A stretch of DNA of 8,554 nucleotides from a virus. Its lineage: Duplodnaviria > Heunggongvirae > Uroviricota > Caudoviricetes. The DNA lies in the IMG/VR virus record IMGVR_UViG_2609459863_000010, positions 1 through 8,554 of that record; one strand, 5' to 3'. The notes beneath the pieces are model-generated. The model ran no database searches, was not told the DNA's origin, and was given only the letters and a program-made list of their open reading frames with translations. Numbering within the stretch: the stretch's first letter is position 1; the number at the start of each line of letters is the position of its first letter. Below are positions 1 to 5,731 of this stretch, in pieces. A program made the position numbers and the translations under genes.

Positions 1-97
1 GAACATCACCAGTCCTGCAAATCCGCGCGAGACGCAGCCGCATTTCTTCGAATCCCGATTCCCTGAGCTGTTAAAGCTGCTCGATACCGTTCATTGA
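1..97 (+). CDS. 3' end of an upstream phage ORF (partial; frame unresolved)
   Basis: Frame 2 is open from the window edge to TGA 95-97 (...FPELLKLLDTVH*), with its stop overlapping the GAGG ribosome-binding site of the next gene. Frame 3 is also open, to TAA 72-74, so the frame cannot be fixed from this fragment. Confidence 0.3.
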   Translation, partial: NITSPANPRETQPHFFESRFPELLKLLDTVH

Positions 98-98
98 G

Positions 99-1094
99 GT
101 GACCGTGAGAGCACTACTGACCCCTGAAATTGCCCCGCGTATGGGGATCGTATTGTTCAGACCAGGTTCAGAGCTGATGCCCCTGTTTATGCAGGGGCGT
201 GTCCTGCTGGAGCCTGAGCCGGAGCGTTATTCATCTTTCGCCAGTGGTGCCGTTCCGGCGGCATCACAACCGCTGGCGGATGATCCTGCCGTTCGGGCCG
301 TGTTCCGCAATGAGGCAGTGATCCGTCGTGCTGGTGGCGTGGAATGTCTTGAAAGCTGGTTACTTCGTGAAAAAGGCTGCCAGTGGCCTCATTCCGACTG
401 GCACAGCGAGAACATGACCACAATGCGACACGCTCCGGGTGCAATCCGTCTGTGCTGGCACTGCGATAATCAGCTGCGCGATCAGTTCACGGAACGGCTG
501 GAATCAATGGCAACGGATAACTGTGCCCGCTGGGTGTTGTCTGTTGTGCGTCGGGATCTCGGTTTTGATGACAGTCACGTTGTGACAATGCCGGAACTGT
601 GCTGGTGGCTGATTCGTAATGATCTGGCGGATGCCTTACCGGAAAGTGCAGCCCGTAAGGCCCTGAGATTACCGAAGCCTGTTGTGCCGTCTGTCACCCG
701 GGAAAGTGACCTTGTGCCTTCGGTTACTGCCACCAGCATCATCCAGGATAAGGCGAAAAAGGTGCTGGCGCTGAAAGTGGATCCGGAGTCGCCGGAGTCT
801 TTTATGTTACGCCCAAAACGTCGTCGCTGGGTTAATGAAAAGTACACGCGCTGGGTTAAGACGCATCCGTGTGCATGTTGTGGTAAGCCAGCCGACGATC
901 CTCATCACCTGATTGGTCATGGTCAGGGTGGAATGGGTACAAAAGCGCATGACCTTTTTGTGTTGCCTTTGTGCAGAAAACACCATGACGAACTGCATGC
1001 GGATACCGTGGCATTTGAAGAGAAGTATGGTTCCCAACTGGAGCTGATATTTCGTTTTATCGATCGTGCGCTGGCAATTGGCGTGCTGGCCTGA
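99..1094 (+). CDS. DUF968-family phage protein (YdfU-like) with a C-terminal Cys/His cluster, possibly an HNH-like zinc-binding nuclease fold
   Basis: 331-codon ORF; GTG at 99 or, more plausibly, GTG at 105 with GAGG at 96-99. C-terminal motif HPCACCGKP...DPHHLIGHG...PLCRKHHDELH matches my recollection of DUF968 proteins found just upstream of Q in lambdoid prophages. The stop at 1092-1094 lies just before the RBS of the next gene. Confidence 0.8.
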   Translation: MTVRALLTPEIAPRMGIVLFRPGSELMPLFMQGRVLLEPEPERYSSFASGAVPAASQPLADDPAVRAVFRNEAVIRRAGGVECLESWLLREKGCQWPHSDWHSENMTTMRHAPGAIRLCWHCDNQLRDQFTERLESMATDNCARWVLSVVRRDLGFDDSHVVTMPELCWWLIRNDLADALPESAARKALRLPKPVVPSVTRESDLVPSVTATSIIQDKAKKVLALKVDPESPESFMLRPKRRRWVNEKYTRWVKTHPCACCGKPADDPHHLIGHGQGGMGTKAHDLFVLPLCRKHHDELHADTVAFEEKYGSQLELIFRFIDRALAIGVLA

Positions 1095-1111
1095 TTTTGT
1101 GGAGAAAGTTG

Positions 1112-1474
1112 ATGCGTGATATTCAAATGGTTCTGGATCGTTGGGGAGCATGGGCGGCGAGTGATAGTTCAGGAGTAGACTATTCTCCTATAGCTGCTGG
1201 GTTTAAAGGGCTTCTTCCCTATACAAGCAAAACACGTCAGGCTTGTTCAGATAGTGATGCATTAATTATTGAAGGTTGTCTTGCTCTTCTTAAAAAGCGA
1301 AAACCGTACGAGCATTCTTTGATTGTGGCCCATTACCTGTATGGCATCTCGAAAAGAAAGCTTGCAAGAGCTCGCAAAAAAGATGAGAAATTGATACGTA
1401 TAGAGATACAGATGGCTGAAGGGTTTATTGATGGATGCCTTTCAATGCTGGATGTTAAACTTGAAATGGAGTAG
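1112..1474 (+). CDS. Q: Late-gene antitermination protein Q (QuuD / Phage_antitermQ type)
   Basis: N-terminus MRDIQMVLDRWGAWAA... closely matches the recalled QuuD-type Q N-terminus (MRDIQMVLERWGAWAA...). ATG at 1112 is preceded by GGAGAAAG at 1101-1108. The ORF track starts at TTG 1097, which I consider less likely. Stop TAG 1472-1474. Confidence 0.88.
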   Translation: MRDIQMVLDRWGAWAASDSSGVDYSPIAAGFKGLLPYTSKTRQACSDSDALIIEGCLALLKKRKPYEHSLIVAHYLYGISKRKLARARKKDEKLIRIEIQMAEGFIDGCLSMLDVKLEME

Positions 1475-1499
1475 AAAAAAGGGCATTTCTGCCCTTTTT
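1475..1499. terminator. Bidirectional intrinsic terminator shared by Q (+) and the convergent membrane-protein gene (-)
   Basis: AAAAAA, then GGGCA-TTTC-TGCCC hairpin, then TTTTT. The A-run/hairpin/T-run reads as a terminator on both strands. The stop of the minus-strand gene (1498-1500) overlaps the T-run. Confidence 0.7.
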
Positions 1500-1941
1500 A
1501 AATGTGGGGGAGTATCCAGTTTACTTTTCTCCATGTAAAGGCAAAAGTTATTACTGAAATGATAAGAAGAGATAAAGATTCGATAATTAAAATAAATTCT
1601 ATTTTTTCTCCATGTAACAATGTCTTTTCATTGGCAAACATTGCTATCAAAGCAATAACGCATGCCGTAATTAAAGATGCACCTGCGGTTAATAGATTTA
1701 CAATAATAACTTGAAGTATGTTGTTGTTTTTTAATGCTTTTATTATTCCATTTGAGTTTTCGCTAGCAGCACTAAAAATTGATATTGTGGCTAAAATAAA
1801 ACCAAATAAAATACCGGATACAGTTGAAATAACCCCGGAGGCTGTAAGTATGTCAGCATGCCCCATCTGAGGGATATACCTCAGTAGGAACAAGGTGCAA
1901 AAAACACTTACAATCAGGTTTCTTAAGTATTTCAATAACAT
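1498..1941 (-). CDS. RexB-like small integral membrane protein (about 4 predicted TM helices); putative membrane effector of an abortive-infection pair
   Basis: 147 aa, strongly hydrophobic with about four helical segments. Same size class as lambda RexB (144 aa). The LFLLRYIPQMG segment resembles the recalled lambda RexB LLFRHYIPG. ATG at 1941 lies 3 nt after the upstream gene's stop (1945-1947), indicating translational coupling. AT-rich. Confidence 0.72.
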   Translation of the reverse strand: MLLKYLRNLIVSVFCTLFLLRYIPQMGHADILTASGVISTVSGILFGFILATISIFSAASENSNGIIKALKNNNILQVIIVNLLTAGASLITACVIALIAMFANEKTLLHGEKIEFILIIESLSLLIISVITFAFTWRKVNWILPHI

Positions 1942-1944
1942 ATC

Positions 1945-2886
1945 CTATACCTTCTTTTTGCTGATATCGTATTGCTTAAGGTATTCATTGTTATCAATTT
2001 TAGCAGAAATCATGGCTTGCAGAACATCACTATCAGTGCCATAACCATTAACGGTATATATGTTTTTTTCTGAAATGAGTACCTGATCAAGAAGACTTTG
2101 TTCAACGGTATTTTTGGGCTGTGTTACTGCCGCTTTTTTTACAATTCCCGGCATTTTTTCAAGGAGTTCTTTAATACCATCCTTAACGAGATCTGATAAA
2201 TAACCTTTGACTTTTACTCTCCCTGATGCACGTCCCCTTAGATTTAACTTGAGACGTGTTCCACCCAGCCCTACCATCATATTTACCAGTTCCTTAGAAA
2301 ATGAACTATTTAGCTGGTAATTTGTTGCATCAAAGTTCCTGGGAGCAGCCAGGACAATATCACAACTTCTCAAAGTACTTCCTGTTTCAAGTAGCTCTTT
2401 GACGCTCTCTTTTTTCCAGATGGCTTGGAATGAAAAGTTATTTCCAGGATTACCACTCTGGCTGTAAAGCAGATAAGCTAAATCCGATTCTTTCGGCCCA
2501 AGATGATTTTGAGTTAATATTAAAATATCACTATCGTAATAATATAAAAAATAGGTTCTTTCGACTATGTATTTTTTATCATCTAGTGGTATGTTGTGCT
2601 CATTCCAGTGTTCATCACCAATATAAGGAAGGAGATACTCTTCTCGTGAGCATGACATGTAGCCGAAGAAATATTTAGCTTTTGTATCTTTATTTATAAA
2701 AGCTATTTTTAACTTTTTATTTCTATAGATGGTATCAAAATGATTATTCGTAACGGTTACGCAAGTATTATACAGATTTTCAATTGCTTGCTTAGCAACT
2801 GAATGGCTGCGGATAGTCCCAGAACTGCTGGTGTAAAAACCAATTTTAAGTTTTTTTTGTTTCTTTGATTGCGCAATAGTAGCCAT
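1945..2886 (-). CDS. RexA-like cytoplasmic protein; putative sensor/activator partner of the downstream membrane protein
   Basis: 313 aa, no TM segments. Local resemblance to recalled lambda RexA: KIGFYTSSS vs KNGFYATYRS near the N-terminus, GPKESDLAYLL vs GPTTSDLTDFL mid-protein, CDIVLAAPRNF vs LDIVIKPKFK. AAGG lies 7 nt upstream of ATG 2886 on the minus strand. AT-rich relative to flanks. Confidence 0.75.
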   Translation of the reverse strand: MATIAQSKKQKKLKIGFYTSSSGTIRSHSVAKQAIENLYNTCVTVTNNHFDTIYRNKKLKIAFINKDTKAKYFFGYMSCSREEYLLPYIGDEHWNEHNIPLDDKKYIVERTYFLYYYDSDILILTQNHLGPKESDLAYLLYSQSGNPGNNFSFQAIWKKESVKELLETGSTLRSCDIVLAAPRNFDATNYQLNSSFSKELVNMMVGLGGTRLKLNLRGRASGRVKVKGYLSDLVKDGIKELLEKMPGIVKKAAVTQPKNTVEQSLLDQVLISEKNIYTVNGYGTDSDVLQAMISAKIDNNEYLKQYDISKKKV

Positions 2887-3019
2887 GTTAAACCTTAGTA
2901 TACTAATAATTTCTTATGGATCTTATTTTTTATATGGCTTTAATTTAGCAAAAAAAATTACCGCGGTCCGCAAATTTTATCTTAATCTGTTAAGAGTGGT
3001 TACTTCGCCACACAACTTA

Positions 3020-3043
3020 AACCCGCCACTGAGCGGGTTTTTT
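3020..3043 (+). terminator. Intrinsic terminator on the + strand in the divergent intergenic region (candidate tR'-like site)
   Basis: AACCCGC-CACTGA-GCGGGTT hairpin followed by TTTTTT. The T-run is on the + strand only, so it terminates a rightward transcript that would start in 2890-3010. Confidence 0.55.
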
Positions 3044-3141
3044 GTACCTGTAAACTTGGTGCAGTACAGTAAACACGCTGGTGGTCGTGAATACTGACTT
3101 TTTATCTTGCTGGCTTTTTAGACAAGAGTTATTGGTATGTC

Positions 3142-3363
3142 ATGTTAACCAGAAGGGAAAAAGACATGCTAAAACAGCAAGATATGACCGAAACCGCCAG
3201 AGTGGTGTTTAATGAATTGAGCGTCACCGAACCGGCGACTGTCGGGGAAATTGCGCAGAATACTTACCTTTCACGTGAACGCTGCCAGTTAATACTGACT
3301 CAGCTTGTTATGGCGGGTCTGGCAGATTATCAGTTCGGTTGTTACAGACGCCTTCAGCCCTGA
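3142..3363 (+). CDS. Small winged-helix/HTH DNA-binding protein (FaeA/PapI-like fold suspected)
   Basis: 73-codon ORF. The more likely start is ATG 3166, preceded by AGAAGGGAAA (65 aa). The pattern ...TVGEIAQNTYLSRERCQLILTQLVMAGLADY... is typical of a recognition helix plus wing. Its stop overlaps a terminator hairpin. Confidence 0.55.
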   Translation: MLTRREKDMLKQQDMTETARVVFNELSVTEPATVGEIAQNTYLSRERCQLILTQLVMAGLADYQFGCYRRLQP

Positions 3364-3377
3364 AGGCTTTTTTATTT
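3350..3377 (+). terminator. Intrinsic terminator overlapping the stop codon of the small HTH gene
   Basis: GCCTTCA-GCCC-TGAAGGC, a perfect 7-bp stem, followed by TTTTTTATTT. Confidence 0.7.
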
Positions 3378-3513
3378 GTGGTAATGGGCGGCTGGTGGGT
3401 GTTAGCGGCACCTGCCAGCCATCTGCTCATGCGTTGGGGTCACAAGCAAACCTCAGGCCCATCTGCTTTGCGCAAAAGCAGAATGAGCCTATCAGAGACA
3501 GGCTTAATGATCC

Positions 3514-4572
3514 ATGCTTAATACTGTAAAAATATCCAGTTGTGAGTTAATCAACGCCGACTGCCTGGAATTTATCCGGTCGTTACCCGAAAATTCTGTT
3601 GACCTGATAGTCACGGACCCGCCGTACTTTAAAGTGAAGCCCGAGGGCTGGGATAACCAGTGGAAGGGCGACGATGATTACCTGAAGTGGCTGGACCAGT
3701 GTCTGGCGCAGTTCTGGCGGGTGCTGAAACCTGCCGGAAGTCTTTACCTGTTCTGTGGTCATCGCCTGGCATCTGATATCGAAATCATGATGCGTGAACG
3801 CTTCAGTGTGCTGAACCATATTATCTGGGCGAAGCCGTCCGGACGCTGGAACGGATGCAACAAGGAAAGCCTGCGGGCGTATTTCCCCGCCACAGAGCGC
3901 ATTCTGTTCGCGGAACATTATCAGGGGCCGTATCGTCCGAAAGATGCCGGGTATGAGGCGAAGGGCAGGGCACTGAAACAGCATGTGATGGCCCCGCTGA
4001 TTGCTTACTTTCGTGATGCGCGCGCTGCCCTGGGGATAACGGCAAAACAGATTGCAGATGCCACAGGAAAGAAAAACATGGTGCCGCACTGGTTCAGTGC
4101 CAGTCAGTGGCAGCTACCGAACGAAAGCGATTATCTGAAATTACAGTCGCTGTTTGCCCGGGTGGCAGAAGAGAAACATCAGCGCGGGGAACTGGAAAAG
4201 CCACACCACCAGCTGGTCAGCACATACAGTGAGCTGAACCGGCAGTATATGGAACTGCTGAGTGAATATAAAAATTTGCGGCGGTATTTCGGTGTGACGG
4301 TGCAGGTGCCGTACACCGATGTGTGGACGTATAAACCGGTGCAGTACTATCCAGGGAAACATCCGTGCGAAAAACCGGCAGAAATGCTGCAGCAGATAAT
4401 CAGCGCAAGTAGTCGTCCTGGTGATCTGGTTGCGGATTTCTTCATGGGGTCGGGTTCGACAGTCAAAGCCGCGATGGCGCTGGGGCGTCGTGCTACAGGC
4501 GTTGAGCTGGAGACTGAACGTTTTGAGCAGACGGTCAGGGAAGTTCAGGATTTAGCCAGTCAGAACGGATGA
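3514..4572 (+). CDS. Beta-class DNA methyltransferase (N6-adenine or N4-cytosine; N6_N4_Mtase family), apparently orphan
   Basis: 352 aa. Motif IV DPPY (IVTDPPYF) is near the N-terminus and motif I FxGxG (DFFMGSGST) near the C-terminus, the circularly permuted order that defines beta-class amino-methyltransferases. About 200 aa between them would form the target-recognition region. No restriction endonuclease gene is adjacent. Confidence 0.88.
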   Translation: MLNTVKISSCELINADCLEFIRSLPENSVDLIVTDPPYFKVKPEGWDNQWKGDDDYLKWLDQCLAQFWRVLKPAGSLYLFCGHRLASDIEIMMRERFSVLNHIIWAKPSGRWNGCNKESLRAYFPATERILFAEHYQGPYRPKDAGYEAKGRALKQHVMAPLIAYFRDARAALGITAKQIADATGKKNMVPHWFSASQWQLPNESDYLKLQSLFARVAEEKHQRGELEKPHHQLVSTYSELNRQYMELLSEYKNLRRYFGVTVQVPYTDVWTYKPVQYYPGKHPCEKPAEMLQQIISASSRPGDLVADFFMGSGSTVKAAMALGRRATGVELETERFEQTVREVQDLASQNG

Positions 4573-4612
4573 TATTGCAGGATTAGTTACGTACCGTTAT
4601 TATCCTGCGCCC

Positions 4613-4688
4613 GGCCCTTTAGCTCAGTGGTGAGAGCGAGCGACTCATAATCGCCAGGTCGCTGGTTCAAATCCAGCAAGGGCCACCA
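4613..4688 (+). tRNA. tRNA-Ile2 (anticodon CAU, lysidine-type, reads AUA); would be scored as tRNA-Met by anticodon alone
   Basis: 76 nt. Acceptor GGCCCTT/AAGGGCC, D-arm GCTC...GAGC, anticodon loop CTCATAA with CAT at 4646-4648, T-arm GCTGG-TTCAAAT-CCAGC, discriminator A, encoded CCA. Resembles E. coli ileX/ileY and the ileZ of Stx phages. Confidence 0.9.
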
Positions 4689-4695
4689 TCACATA

Positions 4696-4772
4696 CCGCC
4701 ATTAGCTCATCAGGAAAGAGCGCCAGCCTTCGAAGCTGGTTGCGCGGGGTTCGAGTCCTCGATGGCGGTCCA
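4696..4772 (+). tRNA. tRNA-Arg (anticodon UCG)
   Basis: 77 nt. Acceptor CCGCCAT/ATGGCGG, anticodon stem CCAGC/GCTGG with loop CTTCGAA (TCG at positions 34-36), T-loop TTCGAGT, encoded CCA. Confidence 0.88.
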
Positions 4773-4785
4773 TTATCGGTATTCT

Positions 4786-4862
4786 GCGTTGTTAGCTCAG
4801 CCGGACAGAGCAATTGCCTTCTAAGTAATCGGTCACTGGTTCGAATCCAGTACAACGCGCCA
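4786..4862 (+). tRNA. tRNA-Arg (anticodon UCU, reads AGA/AGG)
   Basis: 77 nt. Acceptor GCGTTGT/ACAACGC, anticodon loop CTTCTAA (TCT at 34-36), T-arm GGTTCGAATCC, discriminator G, encoded CCA. Confidence 0.88.
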
Positions 4863-4875
4863 CACTTATTTTCCT

Positions 4876-4902
4876 GGCTCGCTTCGGCGGGCCTTTTAAT
4901 TT
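4876..4902 (+). terminator. Intrinsic terminator closing the tRNA cluster
   Basis: GGCTCGC-TTCG-GCGGGCC, a 7-bp stem with one G-U pair and a UUCG tetraloop, followed by TTTTAATTT. Confidence 0.7.
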
Positions 4903-5168
4903 GCTGAAAAAGAAAACATCAGATGGTTAGTCGGGTATCAGTTATCTGGTGAAATTTTTAAATACCTCACAATTCAGGAAGGTGATTATTGTTTTTCTGG
5001 TGGGGAATTTGTTAAAAATCACTCCGCATGATGAATCCCCCTAAGCGGTGGGGCGACTGGCAAGGCTCCATTACGATGGTCACAATCCGCAGATTTAGTT
5101 TGCCAGGCTGAATCTACCGGGAGGCACCCGGCATCATGCATAATGTGGAAAATTGGAAATGTATTCAG

Positions 5169-5200
5169 GCCTCTACGAATTTTAGTAGAGGCTTTTTTTT
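5169..5200 (+). terminator. Intrinsic terminator of module A
   Basis: GCCTCTAC-GAATTTTA-GTAGAGGC, a perfect 8-bp stem, followed by TTTTTTTT. Confidence 0.75.
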
Positions 5201-5204
5201 GAGT

Positions 5205-5231
5205 AAAAAAAGCCCGTCTATGGCAGCGGGC
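5205..5231 (-). terminator. Minus-strand intrinsic terminator, back-to-back with the module A terminator
   Basis: On the minus strand: GCCCG-CTGCCATAGA-CGGGC followed by TTTTTTT (+ strand AAAAAAAGCCCG...CGGGC). Confidence 0.55.
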
Positions 5232-5582
5232 AAGTATGCATGAGAATACATTTTTTATTATTTGCCTGAAAATAGTACCCTGAGGTTATTGTTGTTTTCA
5301 ACAGGCTGATTTGTGTTCTGATCGGGGATGTGACAAGGAACATACGTTCTTATGTGAAAATGTTAAATTCTTCACATTTCAGTGAGTTGAGTGTTGATTT
5401 CGTTTTATCTTTTTTGTTAAAAAAGTATTGCATGGTGAATCCCCCTGTGCGGTGGGACGACTGGTGACAACAATTCATCATCCGTGATGACCCAGAAGAG
5501 ATCGCGGGTTCAGTGGCACCGGGCTGAACTCACCGGGAGGCACCCGGCACCATGTTCATGGTGATACAGAAATGCGGCTTCA

Positions 5583-5606
5583 GCCCCTCTCCGGAGGGGC
5601 TTTCTT
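5583..5606 (+). terminator. Intrinsic terminator of module B
   Basis: GCCCCTC-TCCG-GAGGGGC, a perfect 7-bp GC-rich stem, followed by TTTCTT. Confidence 0.65.
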
Positions 5607-5612
5607 ATGGAC

Positions 5613-5640
5613 AAAAAAGCCCGCGCTGGGAGACGCGGGC
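5613..5640 (-). terminator. Minus-strand intrinsic terminator, back-to-back with the module B terminator
   Basis: On the minus strand: GCCCGCG-TCTCCCAG-CGCGGGC followed by TTTTTT. Confidence 0.55.
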
Positions 5641-5707
5641 GGCAAGGAATAAACAATAAAACGTGAAGTAATATTTCAGCTGGCGAATAATACCCCATAG
5701 TAATCAC

Positions 5708-5731
5708 TCTGCGCAACTGCGCGGCCTTTTT
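5708..5731 (+). terminator. Intrinsic terminator-like hairpin upstream of the esterase gene
   Basis: CTGCGC-AACT-GCGCGG, a 6-bp stem with one G-U pair, then CC and TTTTT. Confidence 0.45.

Larger units (their letters stand above)
5011..5231 (+). ncRNA. Candidate small-RNA gene, copy A (promoter, about 175-nt structured RNA, terminator)
   Basis: Extended -10-like TGtTAAAAA at 5010-5018. Predicted start near 5026 coincides with the 5' arm GCATGATG (5026-5033) of a helix whose 3' arm CATCATGC is at 5132-5139. Internal hairpin CCGGG-AGGCA-CCCGG at 5117-5131. Terminator at 5169-5200. No conserved ORF. Paralogous to 5415-5640. Confidence 0.5.
5415..5640 (+). ncRNA. Candidate small-RNA gene, copy B (paralogue of copy A)
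   Basis: Same layout as copy A: TGtTAAAAA at 5415-5423 with TTGATT at -35 spacing. Closing helix arms GCATGGTG (5430-5437) and CACCATGT (5548-5555). Conserved blocks TGAATCCCCCT..GCGGTGGG.CGACTGG and ACCGGGAGGCACCCGGCA. Terminator at 5583-5606. Confidence 0.5.

Noticed and set aside
187-1151. Minus-strand ORFs 187-444, 575-847, 807-1151 and 923-1126
   Set aside because: They lie entirely antisense within the well-supported DUF968 and Q genes, with no RBS or coding features; typical shadow ORFs of GC-rich coding sequence.
1498-2886. Alternative identities for the two-gene module: Kiwa (KwaA/KwaB), or CBASS/Pycsar cyclase plus TM effector
   Set aside because: Kiwa has the membrane gene first and the soluble gene second, the opposite order. 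The 313-aa protein shows no nucleotidyltransferase GS...DxD or cyclase motifs. Short sequence stretches fit RexA/RexB better, although this is from recollection and needs a profile search.
1502-3097. Plus-strand ORFs 1502-1714, 2430-2678 and 2885-3097
   Set aside because: The first two are antisense shadows inside the RexB-like and RexA-like genes. The third runs through the AT-rich divergent promoter region and the 3020-3043 terminator hairpin.
3305-3529. ORFs 3305-3529 and 3339-3521 between the HTH gene and the methyltransferase
   Set aside because: They overlap the 3' end and terminator of the HTH gene in other frames and have no RBS; more likely non-coding spacer that may hold a weak methyltransferase promoter.
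3583-4362. Minus-strand ORFs 3583-4089, 3821-4045 and 4141-4362
   Set aside because: Antisense within the methyltransferase gene, which has clear conserved motifs on the + strand.
4667-4855. Minus-strand ORF 4667-4855
   Set aside because: Overlaps all three tRNA genes on the opposite strand; an artefact of the GC-rich structured tRNA sequence.
5011-5640. CRISPR array or IS/MITE interpretation of the tandem modules
   Set aside because: Only two copies with a period of about 400 bp and no short repeat-spacer alternation, so not CRISPR. No transposase and no obvious target-site duplication, so a mobile-element origin is unsupported, though the terminal inverted repeats mean it cannot be fully excluded without comparative data.
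5510-5716. Minus-strand ORF 5510-5716 and short + strand frames starting at the conserved ATGs of the modules (5136, 5552)
   Set aside because: They read through intrinsic terminator hairpins, have no RBS at correct spacing, and their translations are not conserved between the two module copies although the upstream nucleotides are.
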